Shown: positions 39,161 through 48,646 of the stretch, in pieces
Layout: the number at the start of each line of letters is the position of its first letter
Position numbering within the stretch: position 1 is the first letter of the stretch
NCBI GenBank assembly: GCA_045805725.1
Contig: JBJMKQ010000069.1
Span: 8,813-72,812, forward strand
Source of the DNA: Solirubrobacterales bacterium
Lineage (GTDB): Bacteria > Actinomycetota > Thermoleophilia > Solirubrobacterales > 70-9
Reading direction: 5' to 3'
Length of the DNA stretch: 64,000 nt
Made by a program: the position numbers and the translations under genes
The notes under the pieces: model-generated
The model's database searches: none
Told to the model about the DNA's origin: nothing
What the model saw: only the letters and a program-made list of their open reading frames with translations

Positions 39161-39218
39161 GGGCTTCGGGCGTGTCGCTTTGGTTACCCATTAGGTAACC
39201 AAAGCGACAGGGCTTCGG
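39161..39218. repeat. small palindromic element flanked by 9-bp direct repeats (MITE-like footprint or terminator)
   Basis: GGGCTTCGG (39161-69) - gcgt - GTCGCTTTGGTTACC (39174-88) - CATTA - GGTAACCAAAGCGAC (39194-39208) - a - GGGCTTCGG (39210-18). Perfect 15-bp stem, noticeably AT-richer than its surroundings. Confidence 0.5.
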
Positions 39219-39258
39219 ACTCGCCCCCTTACGTGCTGCTTTTCTCGGTGCGGTTTCG

Positions 39259-39516
39259 CTACGCCTTCGGCGGCAGCGACATTGCGTAGTCGGCGCCCGC
39301 GTCGACCCACTTCGCAAGGTCCTCGTCGCTCGCAGTGCCTTCGGGATCGACGTAGACCATGTTCTTCATCGGCTTCCCCGTGAAGTCCATCGGCTGCGTG
39401 TGCGCCTCCCGCAGCGCCCGCTCCGCGTCGACGGGATCGAGCCGAACCATCAGGTCATCGCCGATCGCTCCCACGGCCATGTTGCCGGCGAGCATGAAGG
39501 CGATGCCGCCGAACAT
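39259..39516 (-). CDS. TfoX N-terminal-domain protein, apparently 5'-truncated (possible pseudogene)
   Basis: 85-aa ORF MFGGIAFMLAGNMAVGAIGDDLMVRL...PMDFTGKPMKNMVYV matches the TfoX_N core. The same frame stays open 33 codons upstream (to TGA 39616-18) and encodes family-like ...RAAVRSELSERR, but contains no ATG/GTG/TTG. Confidence 0.6.
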   Translation of the reverse strand: MFGGIAFMLAGNMAVGAIGDDLMVRLDPVDAERALREAHTQPMDFTGKPMKNMVYVDPEGTASDEDLAKWVDAGADYAMSLPPKA

Positions 39517-39699
39517 CCTCCGCTCGCTCAGCTCGGACCTAACAGCTGCCCGCGGGGCGCCGGAAATGGGACCGCCACCGCCACCAGCTCCGCGGTCCCC
39601 GGAGTCCCCACCTACTCATCGCTCGACCTTACTTGACGCATCCTGCCAGTTTCCACTCGACCCTTGGCCGATGCAGCGAATCTGATTCGATAGCCGCTC

Positions 39700-41163
39700 A
39701 TGGCTGTCAGCGCCCAGTACAGCGTCACGATCCGCGTCGAGCTCGATGCGCGGCAGGAGCCCCTCGGGCGGCTCACGGCTGCGATCGCCGAGGCGGGCGG
39801 GCAACTGCAGGGGGTCGACCTGGTGCCGGGCGCCGGGCCCGAGGGAAAGCGGGTGCGCGAGTTCACGATCGACGCCGCCGACCGCGAGCATTGGGAGAAG
39901 ATCCTGCGGGCGATCGGCTCGACCCGGGGCGCCCGTGTCCTCGACTACGTCGACCGCACGATGCAGATGCACCGCGGCGGCAAGATCGAGCAGCGCAACA
40001 AGTACCCGCTGAAGACCCGCGACGACCTCTCGATGGCCTACACCCCCGGCGTCGCCCGTGTCTGCATGGACATCCACGCCGACCGCAGCAAGGCCTTCGA
40101 GTACACGATCAAGAAGAACACGGTCGCGGTGGTCTCCGACGGCAGCGCTGTCCTCGGCCTCGGCAACATCGGCCCCGAGGCGGCGATGCCGGTGATGGAG
40201 GGCAAGTGCATGCTGTTCAAGGAGTTCGCCTCCGTCGATGCTTTCCCGATCTGCCTCGACACCCAGGACGCCGACGAGATCGTCCGCGCGGTCGAGTTGA
40301 TGGCCCCCACCTTCGGCGGCGTCAACCTTGAGGACATCTCGGCCCCGCGCTGCTTTGAGATCGAGGAACGGCTCAAGGAGTCGCTGGATATCCCCGTCTT
40401 CCACGACGACCAGCACGGCACCGCGATCGTGACGATGGCGGCCCTCTTCAACGCGCTGAAGATCACCGGGAAGCCGATCGAGCAGCTGCGGGTGCTGGTG
40501 GTGGGCCTCGGCGCCGCCGGGGTGGCGGTGACGAAGATGATGCAGGAAGCCGGCGTCAGCCACATCGTCGGCTGCGACCGCCAGGGCGCGCTTTCGACCG
40601 ATCGCGAGGACTACGCGTCGGGCGAGATGAACGCGACCAAGCGCTGGTTCGCCGAGACCTTCAACCCGGACAAGGTCAGCGGCAGCCCCGATGACGCGGT
40701 CGAGGGGATGGACCTCTTCGTCGGCCTCTCCGGGCCGGGAATCATCCAGGCCGATTCGCTGGCGAAGATGAACGACGACGCGATCGTCTTCGCGATGGCC
40801 AACCCGAACCCCGAGGTGATGCCCGAGGATGCGGCGCCCCACGCGCGGATCATGGCCACCGGCCGCTCCGACTACCCGAACCAGATCAACAACGTGCTCG
40901 CCTTCCCTGGCGTCTTCCGCGGCGCCCTCGACGCCGGCGCCCCCAGCATCACCGAGGAGATGAAGCTCGCCGCCGCCAAGGGGATCGCGATGGCGGTGTC
41001 CGAGGCCGACCTCGCCGAGGACTACATCATCCCCAGCGTCTTCAACCGCGAGGTCGCCCCGAAGGTGGCCGAAGCGGTGGTCGAGGAGGCCAAGCGCGAC
41101 GGCATCGCCCGGCTCAACGAGGAGACCGGGACCTTCGCCGCGGTGGAGAGCCCGGGGTACTAG
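39700..41163 (+). CDS. NAD(P)-dependent malic enzyme with N-terminal ACT-like domain
   Basis: 487 aa. LSMAYTPGVARVC, FHDDQHGTAIV and GLGAAGVA motifs; about 75 aa of ACT-like N-terminal extension. Confidence 0.9.
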   Translation: MAVSAQYSVTIRVELDARQEPLGRLTAAIAEAGGQLQGVDLVPGAGPEGKRVREFTIDAADREHWEKILRAIGSTRGARVLDYVDRTMQMHRGGKIEQRNKYPLKTRDDLSMAYTPGVARVCMDIHADRSKAFEYTIKKNTVAVVSDGSAVLGLGNIGPEAAMPVMEGKCMLFKEFASVDAFPICLDTQDADEIVRAVELMAPTFGGVNLEDISAPRCFEIEERLKESLDIPVFHDDQHGTAIVTMAALFNALKITGKPIEQLRVLVVGLGAAGVAVTKMMQEAGVSHIVGCDRQGALSTDREDYASGEMNATKRWFAETFNPDKVSGSPDDAVEGMDLFVGLSGPGIIQADSLAKMNDDAIVFAMANPNPEVMPEDAAPHARIMATGRSDYPNQINNVLAFPGVFRGALDAGAPSITEEMKLAAAKGIAMAVSEADLAEDYIIPSVFNREVAPKVAEAVVEEAKRDGIARLNEETGTFAAVESPGY

Positions 41164-41165
41164 GG

Positions 41166-42071
41166 GTGCGAGTCCTCGTCACCGGAGCCAGCGGCCTGAT
41201 CGGCGCGGCCCTGGGTGACGCCCTCTTCGCCCGCGGCAACGACGTCGTCGGCCTCAGCCGCGACCCCGGCCGCGCCCGCCAGTCGAACCCCCGCGTCACC
41301 TGGCACCGCTGGGAGCCGACCCTGGAACGGCCCGATCCGGCCGCCTTTGAGGGTGTCGAGAGCGTCGTCAACCTCCTTGGCGAGCGGATCGACCAGCGCT
41401 GGAGCGAGGAGGCGAAGCAGATGATCATGGAGACCCGCCGCCAGGGCACCCACAATCTGGTCCAGGCGATCGAGGCGCTGGAGCGGCGGCCGAAAGTCCT
41501 GGTCAGCCAGTCGGCGGTCGGCTACTACGGCGACCGCGGCGCCGAGGAGGTCGACGAGAGCGCCTCGCCCGGCAGCAGCTTCGACTCCGAGGTGACGCAG
41601 GTCTGGGAGGCCGCCGCGCACGAGCTCGACGGAACCGGGGTGCGCCTGGCCATCGTCCGCACCGGCCAGGTGCTGACGCCGCGGGGCGGGATGCTGAAGG
41701 AGCTGCTGACCCCGTTCAGGCTGGGCGTCGGCGGCCCGCTCGCCGGCGGCCGGCAGTACGTCTCCTGGATCCACCTGGAGGACGAGGTCGGGGTCCTGCT
41801 CTGGGCGCTCGACAACGAGGGAGTCGACGGCGTCGTCAACGCGTCCTCTCCGAACCCCGCGACCAACAGGGACTTCTCGAAGGCGCTCGGCCAGGCGCTC
41901 AACCGCCCCGCGATCACCCCGGTGCCGGGCTTCGTCCTCGACCTCAAATTCGGCAGGGAGTTCGGGCAGGTGCTGCGGGGCGGGCAGCGGGTGATCCCGA
42001 AGCGGACGCGGGAGCTTGGATACGAGTTCAGGCACCCGGACCTAGACGAGGCCCTAGCCGACCTTGTCTAG
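41166..42071 (+). CDS. TIGR01777-type epimerase family protein (YfcH-like, NAD-binding plus DUF1731)
   Basis: 301 aa. MRVLVTGASGLIGAAL Rossmann motif and a C-terminal DUF1731-like end. Confidence 0.85.
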   Translation: MRVLVTGASGLIGAALGDALFARGNDVVGLSRDPGRARQSNPRVTWHRWEPTLERPDPAAFEGVESVVNLLGERIDQRWSEEAKQMIMETRRQGTHNLVQAIEALERRPKVLVSQSAVGYYGDRGAEEVDESASPGSSFDSEVTQVWEAAAHELDGTGVRLAIVRTGQVLTPRGGMLKELLTPFRLGVGGPLAGGRQYVSWIHLEDEVGVLLWALDNEGVDGVVNASSPNPATNRDFSKALGQALNRPAITPVPGFVLDLKFGREFGQVLRGGQRVIPKRTRELGYEFRHPDLDEALADLV

Positions 42072-42527
42072 GACGGCGGCGCGTGGCGAGGAGGAGCCGG
42101 CCTCTTCAAGCGCCCGATCGATGCGGCGCATGACCTTGGCCGCCGAGCTTGCTTGAACCCAGGCGATGTCGGCCGCTGCGACGATCGAGTGGGTGAACCT
42201 GGCGGCGGGTCCCGGTGATTCGAGGTAGGCGACGGCCGTCGAGTCCTCGGTGGCACGGCGGGCATCGGCACCGGCGGCGGCGAGGTCGGCACCGCCGCTC
42301 CCCGCTCCCGGCGCTACCGGCGCAAGGCAGAGGACCCGCACCTCGAGGCCGTCGACTGCCTCGCCTCCACTCCGCAGCTCGCCGCGCGCTTCCTCGCACA
42401 GCGGCGCCGCCGCGTAGATCGTGACGGCGGCGCCCGCGGAGACGCCGCCGCTTCCGCACCCGGCGACGGCGAGCGCCAGCGCGACCAGCGCCGGTGCGAC
42501 GAGCGCCGGCGCCTTCTGCCTAGCCAA
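42054..42527 (-). CDS. hypothetical lipoprotein
   Basis: 157 aa with lipobox LALAVAGCGS. Overlaps both neighbours by a few nt. Faint resemblance to the N-terminal lobe of type-I periplasmic binding proteins. Confidence 0.5.
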   Translation of the reverse strand: MARQKAPALVAPALVALALAVAGCGSGGVSAGAAVTIYAAAPLCEEARGELRSGGEAVDGLEVRVLCLAPVAPGAGSGGADLAAAGADARRATEDSTAVAYLESPGPAARFTHSIVAAADIAWVQASSAAKVMRRIDRALEEAGSSSPRAAVLDKVG

Positions 42528-43548
42528 AGAAGACCTCCGCCTCTTCGTAAAGGCCGGGCGGGACCGTCTTCAGCTCCGCGGTCGCCTCGGACAGCTGCAC
42601 GAGCTGGATCTCGGTTCCCCGCAGGGCGACCATCGTTCCCCAGCGGGCGGCGTCGGCGGCGTCGATCGCGTGCAGGCCGAAACGGGTGGCGAGGACCCGG
42701 TCGAAGGCGGTCGGGGTCCCGCCGCGCTGGACGTGGCCGAGTACGGTCGCCCGCGTCTCTTTGCCGGTGCGCCGCTCGATCTCCCCCTCCAGCCAGTGCC
42801 CGATGCCCCCCAGCCGCGCGTGCCCGAAGGCGTCGACCGCGGCCTCGTCGGCTTCGGGCATGCCCCCGACCGGTTCCGCCCCCTCGGCAACGACGATGAT
42901 CGGCGCAAAGCGGCTGGCGAAGCGGCTGCCAACGATCTCGCAGACCGCCTCGACGTCGAACCTCCGCTCCGGGATGAGGATCGCGTTGGCGCCGCCGGCA
43001 AGCCCGGCGTGGAAGGCGATCCAGCCGGCATGCCGCCCCATCACCTCGACGATCAGAACGCGGTGGTGGCTGTCAGCCGTCGTGTGCAGGCGGTCTTTCG
43101 CCTCCATCGCGATGTTGACAGCGGTGTCGAACCCGAAGGTGTAGTCGGTCGCGCCCAGGTCGTTGTCGATCGTCTTCGGCACCCCGACGACCGCGATCCC
43201 ATGCTCCATGTGCAGGCGCGATGCGGCCCCCAGGGTGTCCTCGCCGCCGATCGCGATCAGCCCGTCGACCCCCGCCGCGGCGAGGTTGGCCGCGATCCGC
43301 CCCGGCCCGCCCTCCGCGGCGAGCGGGTTGGTCCGCGAGGAGCCGAGGATCGTCCCCCCGCGGGGCAGGATCCCCCGCACCTCGGGGACGCCGAGGGTCA
43401 TCGCGTCGCCCTCCAGGGGTCCTCGCCAGCCGTCCCGGTAGCCGACGAACTCATGGCCGTAGCGGCCGGCGCCCTTGCGGACGACGGCGCGGATGACCGC
43501 GTTCAGGCCCGGGCAGTCCCCGCCCCCGGTGAGCACACCGATCCGCAT
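42520..43548 (-). CDS. pfkA: 6-phosphofructokinase (PfkA family; ATP vs PPi dependence not decidable here)
   Basis: 342 aa, MRIGVLTGGGDCPGLNAVIRAVVRKG. Confidence 0.9.
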   Translation of the reverse strand: MRIGVLTGGGDCPGLNAVIRAVVRKGAGRYGHEFVGYRDGWRGPLEGDAMTLGVPEVRGILPRGGTILGSSRTNPLAAEGGPGRIAANLAAAGVDGLIAIGGEDTLGAASRLHMEHGIAVVGVPKTIDNDLGATDYTFGFDTAVNIAMEAKDRLHTTADSHHRVLIVEVMGRHAGWIAFHAGLAGGANAILIPERRFDVEAVCEIVGSRFASRFAPIIVVAEGAEPVGGMPEADEAAVDAFGHARLGGIGHWLEGEIERRTGKETRATVLGHVQRGGTPTAFDRVLATRFGLHAIDAADAARWGTMVALRGTEIQLVQLSEATAELKTVPPGLYEEAEVFFG

Positions 43549-43620
43549 CGCCCCAGCTTAAAGCCGACGATTCGGGATCCACCGAGTAGGTTCGAGGGGA
43601 CCCCGTCCCAAGGAGGAGCG

Positions 43621-44439
43621 ATGACCGAGGCCGCCGACTTCGAGGCAGTCACCAAGACCCAGCAGCAGATCTGGTCCGAAGGCGATTTCGCGATGGTCGC
43701 GGCGATCGTCTCCTTCGTCGCCGACAGGCTGGCGGAATCGCTGCGGATCCTCGCCGGCGAGAAGGTCCTCGACGTCGCCTGCGGCAGCGGCAACGGGGCG
43801 ATCGCCGCCGCCCGCCGCGCCTGGGGGAACACGACCGGCGCCGACTTCGTCCCGGCGCTGCTGGAGCGAGGCCGCCAACGGGCCGCCGCCGAGGGGCTCG
43901 AGATCGAGTTCGTCGAGGCCGACGCCCAGGCGCTCCCCTTCGGCGACGCCGAGTTCGACGTGACGATGTCGATCTTCGGGGTGATGTTCGCCCCCGACCA
44001 GGAGAGGGCCGCGGCGGAGCTGCTGCGGGTGACCAAACCGGGCGGCCGGATCGGCCTCGCCAGCTGGAGCCCGGACGGCGGGCTCGCCGGCCTCTTCCTC
44101 GCCGTGGTCAAACACACCGGCGGTCCCCCGCCGGGGACGATGCCGCCGGTCCTCTGGGGGACCGAGGAGCGGGTCCGCGATCTGCTCGGCGACGGCGTCG
44201 CCGAGATCGAGTTCAGCCGCCGCCCCTCGCGCCAGACCTTCTTCTCGACCGACCACTACATCGACTTCTTCCGCTCCTACTTCGGCCCGGTCAGGTCGGC
44301 GTTCGAGAAAGTCGGCCCCGATGGCGAGGAGGCGCTGAGCGCCGACCTTCGCGCCTGGCTCGAGGAAGCCAATACCGTCGACGACGGCAGGCTGGTCATC
44401 GAACCGGAATACCTGGAGGTTGTCGCGACGAAAGCCTAG
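43621..44439 (+). CDS. class I SAM-dependent methyltransferase
   Basis: Trimmed to ATG 43621. VLDVACGSGNGA motif I and the Methyltransf_11 pattern. Confidence 0.8.
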   Translation: MTEAADFEAVTKTQQQIWSEGDFAMVAAIVSFVADRLAESLRILAGEKVLDVACGSGNGAIAAARRAWGNTTGADFVPALLERGRQRAAAEGLEIEFVEADAQALPFGDAEFDVTMSIFGVMFAPDQERAAAELLRVTKPGGRIGLASWSPDGGLAGLFLAVVKHTGGPPPGTMPPVLWGTEERVRDLLGDGVAEIEFSRRPSRQTFFSTDHYIDFFRSYFGPVRSAFEKVGPDGEEALSADLRAWLEEANTVDDGRLVIEPEYLEVVATKA

Positions 44440-44597
44440 ACGGCGCGCTGCGCCACTCGGACCAAAGCGCCGATCATCAGCACGCCGAAGAAGATCAGCC
44501 CGGCGACACCGCCGCCCTGGCCGAGCCAGCCGTAAGCGGTGGTCATCGCCGCGAGCGCGAGGAAGAGGGTTACGACCATGCCCATATCGCGCGGCAT
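44436..44597 (-). CDS. 53-aa two-helix membrane micro-protein downstream of trpA (candidate)
   Basis: ATG 44597 lies 1 nt after the trpA stop codon. Product is MPRDMGMVVTLFLALAAMTTAYGWLGQGGGVAGLIFFGVLMIGALVRVAQRAV. Confidence 0.4.
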   Translation of the reverse strand: MPRDMGMVVTLFLALAAMTTAYGWLGQGGGVAGLIFFGVLMIGALVRVAQRAV

Positions 44598-44598
44598 C

Positions 44599-45489
44599 CT
44601 ACCCGGCGAGGGCGATGCGCGTCTCGCTGAGGAAGGAGGCGACGGCGTCGGCGGCGCCCTGCGGCGAGCCACCCTCTCCGGCGGCGCGGACCAGGCGGCT
44701 GCCGATGATGACGCCGTCGGCGATTTGTCCCACCTGAGCCGCCTGCTCGGCCGTGCCGATCCCGAAACCCACCGCGACCGGCGTCTGCGCGTCGGCCTTC
44801 GTCGCCTCGACCAGCTCCGCCAGCGCCAGCGGAACCTCGTTCCGCTCGCCGGTGGTGCCGACGGTCGAGACGACGTAGACGAAGCCTCTGGCCGCCTCGC
44901 AGATCCGTCGCCGGCGCTCCGCGGGCGTCGTCGGCGCCAGCAGCGGAACCAGGGCCAGCCCCGCGGCCGCGAACGCCTCCCGCACCTCCCCCGCCTCGTC
45001 GAGCGGCAGGTCCGGGACGATCACCCCGGCGCCACCGGCGGCGGCGGCCATCCGCGCGAACCCGGCGGCGCCGCCGTGGGCGAGCACCATGTTCGTGTAG
45101 GCCATGAAGACGACGGGGACGCGGTCCGAGATCGCCCGGCAGACCTCGAGGGCGGTGGCCAGCGTCGCGCCCGCCCGCATAGCCTTGGTGGCCGCAGCAT
45201 GGATCGCCGGCCCGTCCGCCAGCGGATCGGAAAAGGGAACCCCCAGCTCGACCAGGTCCGCTCCGGCGTCGACGTACGCCTCGGCCACCGCCAGTCCCGT
45301 CTCCCGATCCGGGTACCCGGCCATCATGTACGGCATCAGCGCCGCTCTGCCCTCAGCTTCGGCGCCTTTGAACGCCGCAGCTATGCGCTCGTCGCCGCTG
45401 AGGCCGACTAGGAGAGCCGGGGGAGTCTCGCCGGACCCTCCTCGCTGTTGTCCGCCGAGACTCCCCCGGCTCCCCCCCGCAGCGCTCAC
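44599..45489 (-). CDS. trpA: tryptophan synthase alpha chain
   Basis: [11 protein letters not shown]...[21 protein letters not shown] overlap with the trpB stop; a later start is possible. Confidence 0.9.
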   Translation of the reverse strand: MSAAGGSRGSLGGQQRGGSGETPPALLVGLSGDERIAAAFKGAEAEGRAALMPYMMAGYPDRETGLAVAEAYVDAGADLVELGVPFSDPLADGPAIHAAATKAMRAGATLATALEVCRAISDRVPVVFMAYTNMVLAHGGAAGFARMAAAAGGAGVIVPDLPLDEAGEVREAFAAAGLALVPLLAPTTPAERRRRICEAARGFVYVVSTVGTTGERNEVPLALAELVEATKADAQTPVAVGFGIGTAEQAAQVGQIADGVIIGSRLVRAAGEGGSPQGAADAVASFLSETRIALAG

Positions 45490-46670
45490 GGCAGGACGTC
45501 GCTCGGTGGTTTAAGGCGCGCGGTTGCCTCAGCCATGTCCTTGTCGCCGCGGCCGGAGAGGCAGAGGACGTCGAAGCCACCCGCGGGGGGGTTCTCCAGC
45601 AGCCAGGCGACCGCGTGCGAGGACTCCAGCGCCGGGATGATCCCCTCCAGTCGGGAGAGCTCGGCGAAGGCGGCGAGCGCCTGCTCGTCGGTGACGCCGA
45701 CGTAGGTGGCGCGGCCGCTGTCGCGCAGGTGGGCGTGCTCTGGCCCGACGCCGGGGTAGTCGAGCCCGGCCGAGATCGAGTGGGCCTCGAGGATCTGCCC
45801 CTCCTCGTCGGCGATTATCGAGGAGAGGGAGCCGTGCAGGACGCCGGTCGTCCCCGCCTGCAGCGAGGCGCCGTGGCGGCGGCTGTCGAGGCCCTCCCCC
45901 GCCGCCTCGACACCGACCAGCGCCACCTCGGAGTCGGCGACGAAGGGGGAGAAGATCCCGATCGAGTTGGAGCCGCCGCCGACGCAGGCGATCACCCGGC
46001 CCGGCAGCGAGCCCGCCGCCGCCAGCGCCTGCTCGCGCGCCTCCTCGCCGATCACCCGCTGCAGGTCGCGCACCAGCGCCGGGTAGGGCGCCGGCCCGAC
46101 CGCCGAACCGATCACGTAGTGGGTGGTGGTGACGTTGGCGACCCAGTCGCGGATCGCCGCGCTGACCGCCTCCTTCAGCGTCCGCGCCCCCGCCTCGACC
46201 GGCGCCACCTCCGCCCCGAGCAGCCGCATCCGCTCGACGTTCGGGGCCTGGCGGCGGATGTCCTCGGTGCCCATGTAGACGACGCAGTCGAGCCCGAGCA
46301 GGGCGCAGGCGGTGGCGGTGGCGACGCCGTGCTGTCCGGCCCCGGTCTCGGCGATCACCCGAGGCTTTCCCATCCGGGCGGCGAGCAGCGTCTGCCCGAG
46401 CGCGTTGTTGATCTTGTGCGAGCCGGTGTGGGCGAGGTCCTCGCGCTTCAGGTACACCTGCGAGTCGATCCGCTCGGAGAGGCGCTCGGCCAGGTAGAGC
46501 GGCGTCGGCCGGCCGATGAAGTCGCGGCGCAGCTGCTCGAGCCGGGACGTGAACTCCTGGTCCTCCCGCGCCTCGATCCAAGCCGCGGTCAGCTCGTCGA
46601 GCGCCGGGATCAGCGTCTCCGGCACGTAGCGCCCCCCGTAGGGGCCGAACCTCTGCTCGATCGCGCTCAT
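45486..46670 (-). CDS. trpB: tryptophan synthase beta chain
   Basis: Track ORF trimmed to ATG 46670. [20 protein letters not shown] and the [12 protein letters not shown] motif. ATGA overlap with trpF. Confidence 0.95.
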   Translation of the reverse strand: MSAIEQRFGPYGGRYVPETLIPALDELTAAWIEAREDQEFTSRLEQLRRDFIGRPTPLYLAERLSERIDSQVYLKREDLAHTGSHKINNALGQTLLAARMGKPRVIAETGAGQHGVATATACALLGLDCVVYMGTEDIRRQAPNVERMRLLGAEVAPVEAGARTLKEAVSAAIRDWVANVTTTHYVIGSAVGPAPYPALVRDLQRVIGEEAREQALAAAGSLPGRVIACVGGGSNSIGIFSPFVADSEVALVGVEAAGEGLDSRRHGASLQAGTTGVLHGSLSSIIADEEGQILEAHSISAGLDYPGVGPEHAHLRDSGRATYVGVTDEQALAAFAELSRLEGIIPALESSHAVAWLLENPPAGGFDVLCLSGRGDKDMAEATARLKPPSDVLP

Positions 46671-47299
46671 GCCTCGGCGCCGACCGAGTTGGCGGCCTCG
46701 AAGAAGGCGGTCATCGCCGCGTGGTCCTTGCGCCCGGGCTCGAGCTCGACCCCGCTGGCGACGTCGACCGCGTAGGGGTGGGCGATCGAGACGGCGGCGG
46801 CGACGTTCTCCGGCCGCAGTCCCCCGGCGAGGATCGCCGGGACTTCCGAGCGGTGCCCGCGCAGAAGCTCCCAATCGAAGCTCTCCCCGGTCCCGCCCCA
46901 CATCCCCTTGCCGCGGCGGTCGAAGACGTGGAAGTCGGTCCGGAAGGCCTCGGCGGCATGGATGTCGGCGGCGCTGGCGACGTGGACGGCCTTCGCGACC
47001 TTGACCCCCGTCCGCCGCGCCACCTCGCCGCAGAACGAGGACCCCTCGGCCCCGTTCAGCTGCACCATCGTCAATCCCTCGTCCTCGACCGCCCGCGCCA
47101 CCTCGTCCAAGGTCGGATTGACGAACACCCCCACCACCTCGCACTTGCGCCGAAAAGCAGCGGCGATCTCAGCCGCCACGGCTCGGTCCACATTCCTGGG
47201 ACTGCCGTGGAAATGGATCAACCCGACAGCCCACGCACCAAGCCGCGCGGCCTCGGCGGCATCGTCCAAATTCGTTATCCCGCAGAACTTGACTCGCAC
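46667..47299 (-). CDS. trpF: phosphoribosylanthranilate isomerase
   Basis: Trimmed to GTG 47299, preceded by [19 protein letters not shown]-terminus. Confidence 0.85.
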   Translation of the reverse strand: MRVKFCGITNLDDAAEAARLGAWAVGLIHFHGSPRNVDRAVAAEIAAAFRRKCEVVGVFVNPTLDEVARAVEDEGLTMVQLNGAEGSSFCGEVARRTGVKVAKAVHVASAADIHAAEAFRTDFHVFDRRGKGMWGGTGESFDWELLRGHRSEVPAILAGGLRPENVAAAVSIAHPYAVDVASGVELEPGRKDHAAMTAFFEAANSVGAEA

Positions 47300-47316
47300 T
47301 CTCCCAGCGTACGGGA

Positions 47317-47428
47317 AGGACGAGTCTGACCCCTCCGAACGGCTTGTACTTCTCGGCCATGGCAATCCCGGACGGACGCCCCCGCCCCACCCAAGCAAGT
47401 TGACTGAGGAGGGGGTCAGACTCGTCCT
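47317..47428. repeat. copy C (expanded) of the palindromic repeat family, between the htrA stop and the trpF start
   Basis: AGGACGAGTCTGACCCCTCC (47317-36) pairs with GGAGGGGGTCAGACTCGTCCT (47408-28), 20 bp with one bulged G and a 71-nt spacer. The arm is about 15/20 identical to the copy A arm by eye, and the spacer shares GCCATGGC with the copy B loop. Confidence 0.6.
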
Positions 47429-47440
47429 ACGACGACGCGC

Positions 47441-48646
47441 CTATTCAGAGTTCTTCGGCTGCGTCCCGAGGGTGACGTCCGCGGTCTTTTCCTTGCCGCT
47501 GCGGAGGAGGGTCAGTTCGAGCGTGTCGCCGGGCTTCGATTCCTGGATCGCTTCCACCAGCTCTTCCATCGTCGCGATCTTCTCGCCGTCGGCCTCGGTG
47601 ATGATGTCGCCGCCGAGCCGGACTTCTTCGCCGTTGATCGTCGCCGCGGTGTTGCCGCCTTCGATCCCGGCCTTGTCGGCGGGGCCGCCCTTGACCACGG
47701 TCTGGACGATCACGCCTTCCTCGACCGGCAGGCTGAGGGCCTTGGCGAGTTCGGGGGTGATCGTGCCGCCGCTGATCCCGATGAAGGCGTGTTCTACTTC
47801 GCCGCTGGTCTCGAGCTGCTTGATCTCGGCGCGGACCGTGCCGATCGGGATCGCGAAGCCGATGCCGACATTGCCGTTGCCGCCGCCGCCGGTCGCGATC
47901 TGGGAGTTGATCCCGATCACCTGCCCTGCGGCGTCGATCAGCGGGCCGCCGGAGTTGCCCGGGTTGATCGCGGCGTCGGTCTGGATCACGTGGTTGATCG
48001 AGAATCCGTTCGGCGCCTGGATCTGCCGCTGCAGGGCGGAGACGATGCCGCTGGTGACGGTGCGGTCGAGCCCGAACGGGTTGCCGATCGCGACCACCGG
48101 GTCGCCGACTTCGACCTGGGAGGAGCGGCCGAGGGTGAGCGGGTGCAGTTCCTTGGCCGGCGCTTCGACTTTTAGCAGGGCGATGTCGGTGCCGGGGTCG
48201 GTGCCGACGACTTCGGCGTCGTAGTTCCTTTCCGAGTCGCCGAGTTTGACCCTGACCTTTTCGGCGCCTTCGATCACGTGGTTGTTGGTGAGGATGTGGC
48301 CCTCGCTGTCGATCACGAAGCCCGAGCCGGTGGCGGTGCCGCCCGATTCGGCTTCGGGTTCGCCGAAGGGATTGAAGAATTCGCTTTCCTGCGGTTCGAG
48401 CTGGGATTCGATGAAGGCGACGCCCTGACCGTCCGACTTGTAGATCTGGTTGACGACGTTGGCGTCGGCATTTTCTTCCTTGGCGTCGATCGGGGCGCTC
48501 AGCGGCGCGGCGACGGTCGTCGTGGTGTCGCCGCTGGAGCTGACCAGCCCGGTCGCGATCGCGATCAGGCCGACGACCGCGACAAGGAGGCCGCCGAGGA
48601 GAGCCGAGAAGAACGGGCTGCGGACTTTCGATTTATGTTCGGGCAT
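47441..48646 (-). CDS. HtrA/DegP-family serine protease (trypsin-like plus PDZ), membrane-anchored
   Basis: 401 aa. TM anchor, TNNHV / DIALLK / GNSGGPL catalytic triad contexts, and a C-terminal PDZ domain. Confidence 0.9.
   Translation of the reverse strand: MPEHKSKVRSPFFSALLGGLLVAVVGLIAIATGLVSSSGDTTTTVAAPLSAPIDAKEENADANVVNQIYKSDGQGVAFIESQLEPQESEFFNPFGEPEAESGGTATGSGFVIDSEGHILTNNHVIEGAEKVRVKLGDSERNYDAEVVGTDPGTDIALLKVEAPAKELHPLTLGRSSQVEVGDPVVAIGNPFGLDRTVTSGIVSALQRQIQAPNGFSINHVIQTDAAINPGNSGGPLIDAAGQVIGINSQIATGGGGNGNVGIGFAIPIGTVRAEIKQLETSGEVEHAFIGISGGTITPELAKALSLPVEEGVIVQTVVKGGPADKAGIEGGNTAATINGEEVRLGGDIITEADGEKIATMEELVEAIQESKPGDTLELTLLRSGKEKTADVTLGTQPKNSE

Noticed and set aside
38265-39194. 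309-aa plus-strand ORF spanning the end of the secreted-protein gene and the scar region. Its C-terminus repeats the peptide seen antisense to polA (VAGP.RLGQGEEGAVGEAVAVDQEEL).
   Set aside because: The repeated peptide is simply the antisense reading of the duplicated polA fragment. The ORF is out of frame with the well-supported 38143-38748 gene and has an Arg/Pro-rich composition.
39620-39665. GGAAACTGGCAGGATGCGTCAAG on the minus strand upstream of the tfoX-like gene, vaguely reminiscent of GGCAAACC...GACGCAAAG (a second GEMM-I element).
   Set aside because: Both conserved blocks are mutated, there is no GNRA-capped helix between them, and no P1 can be drawn. At most it is a badly decayed relic.
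47291-47362. Short ORF starting at ATG 47360 (minus strand; [21 protein letters not shown]...) inside the copy C spacer, considered as a trp leader peptide.
   Set aside because: It has only one Trp codon, no tandem Trp run and no alternative terminator/antiterminator pairing. It also runs into the trpF coding region in another frame.
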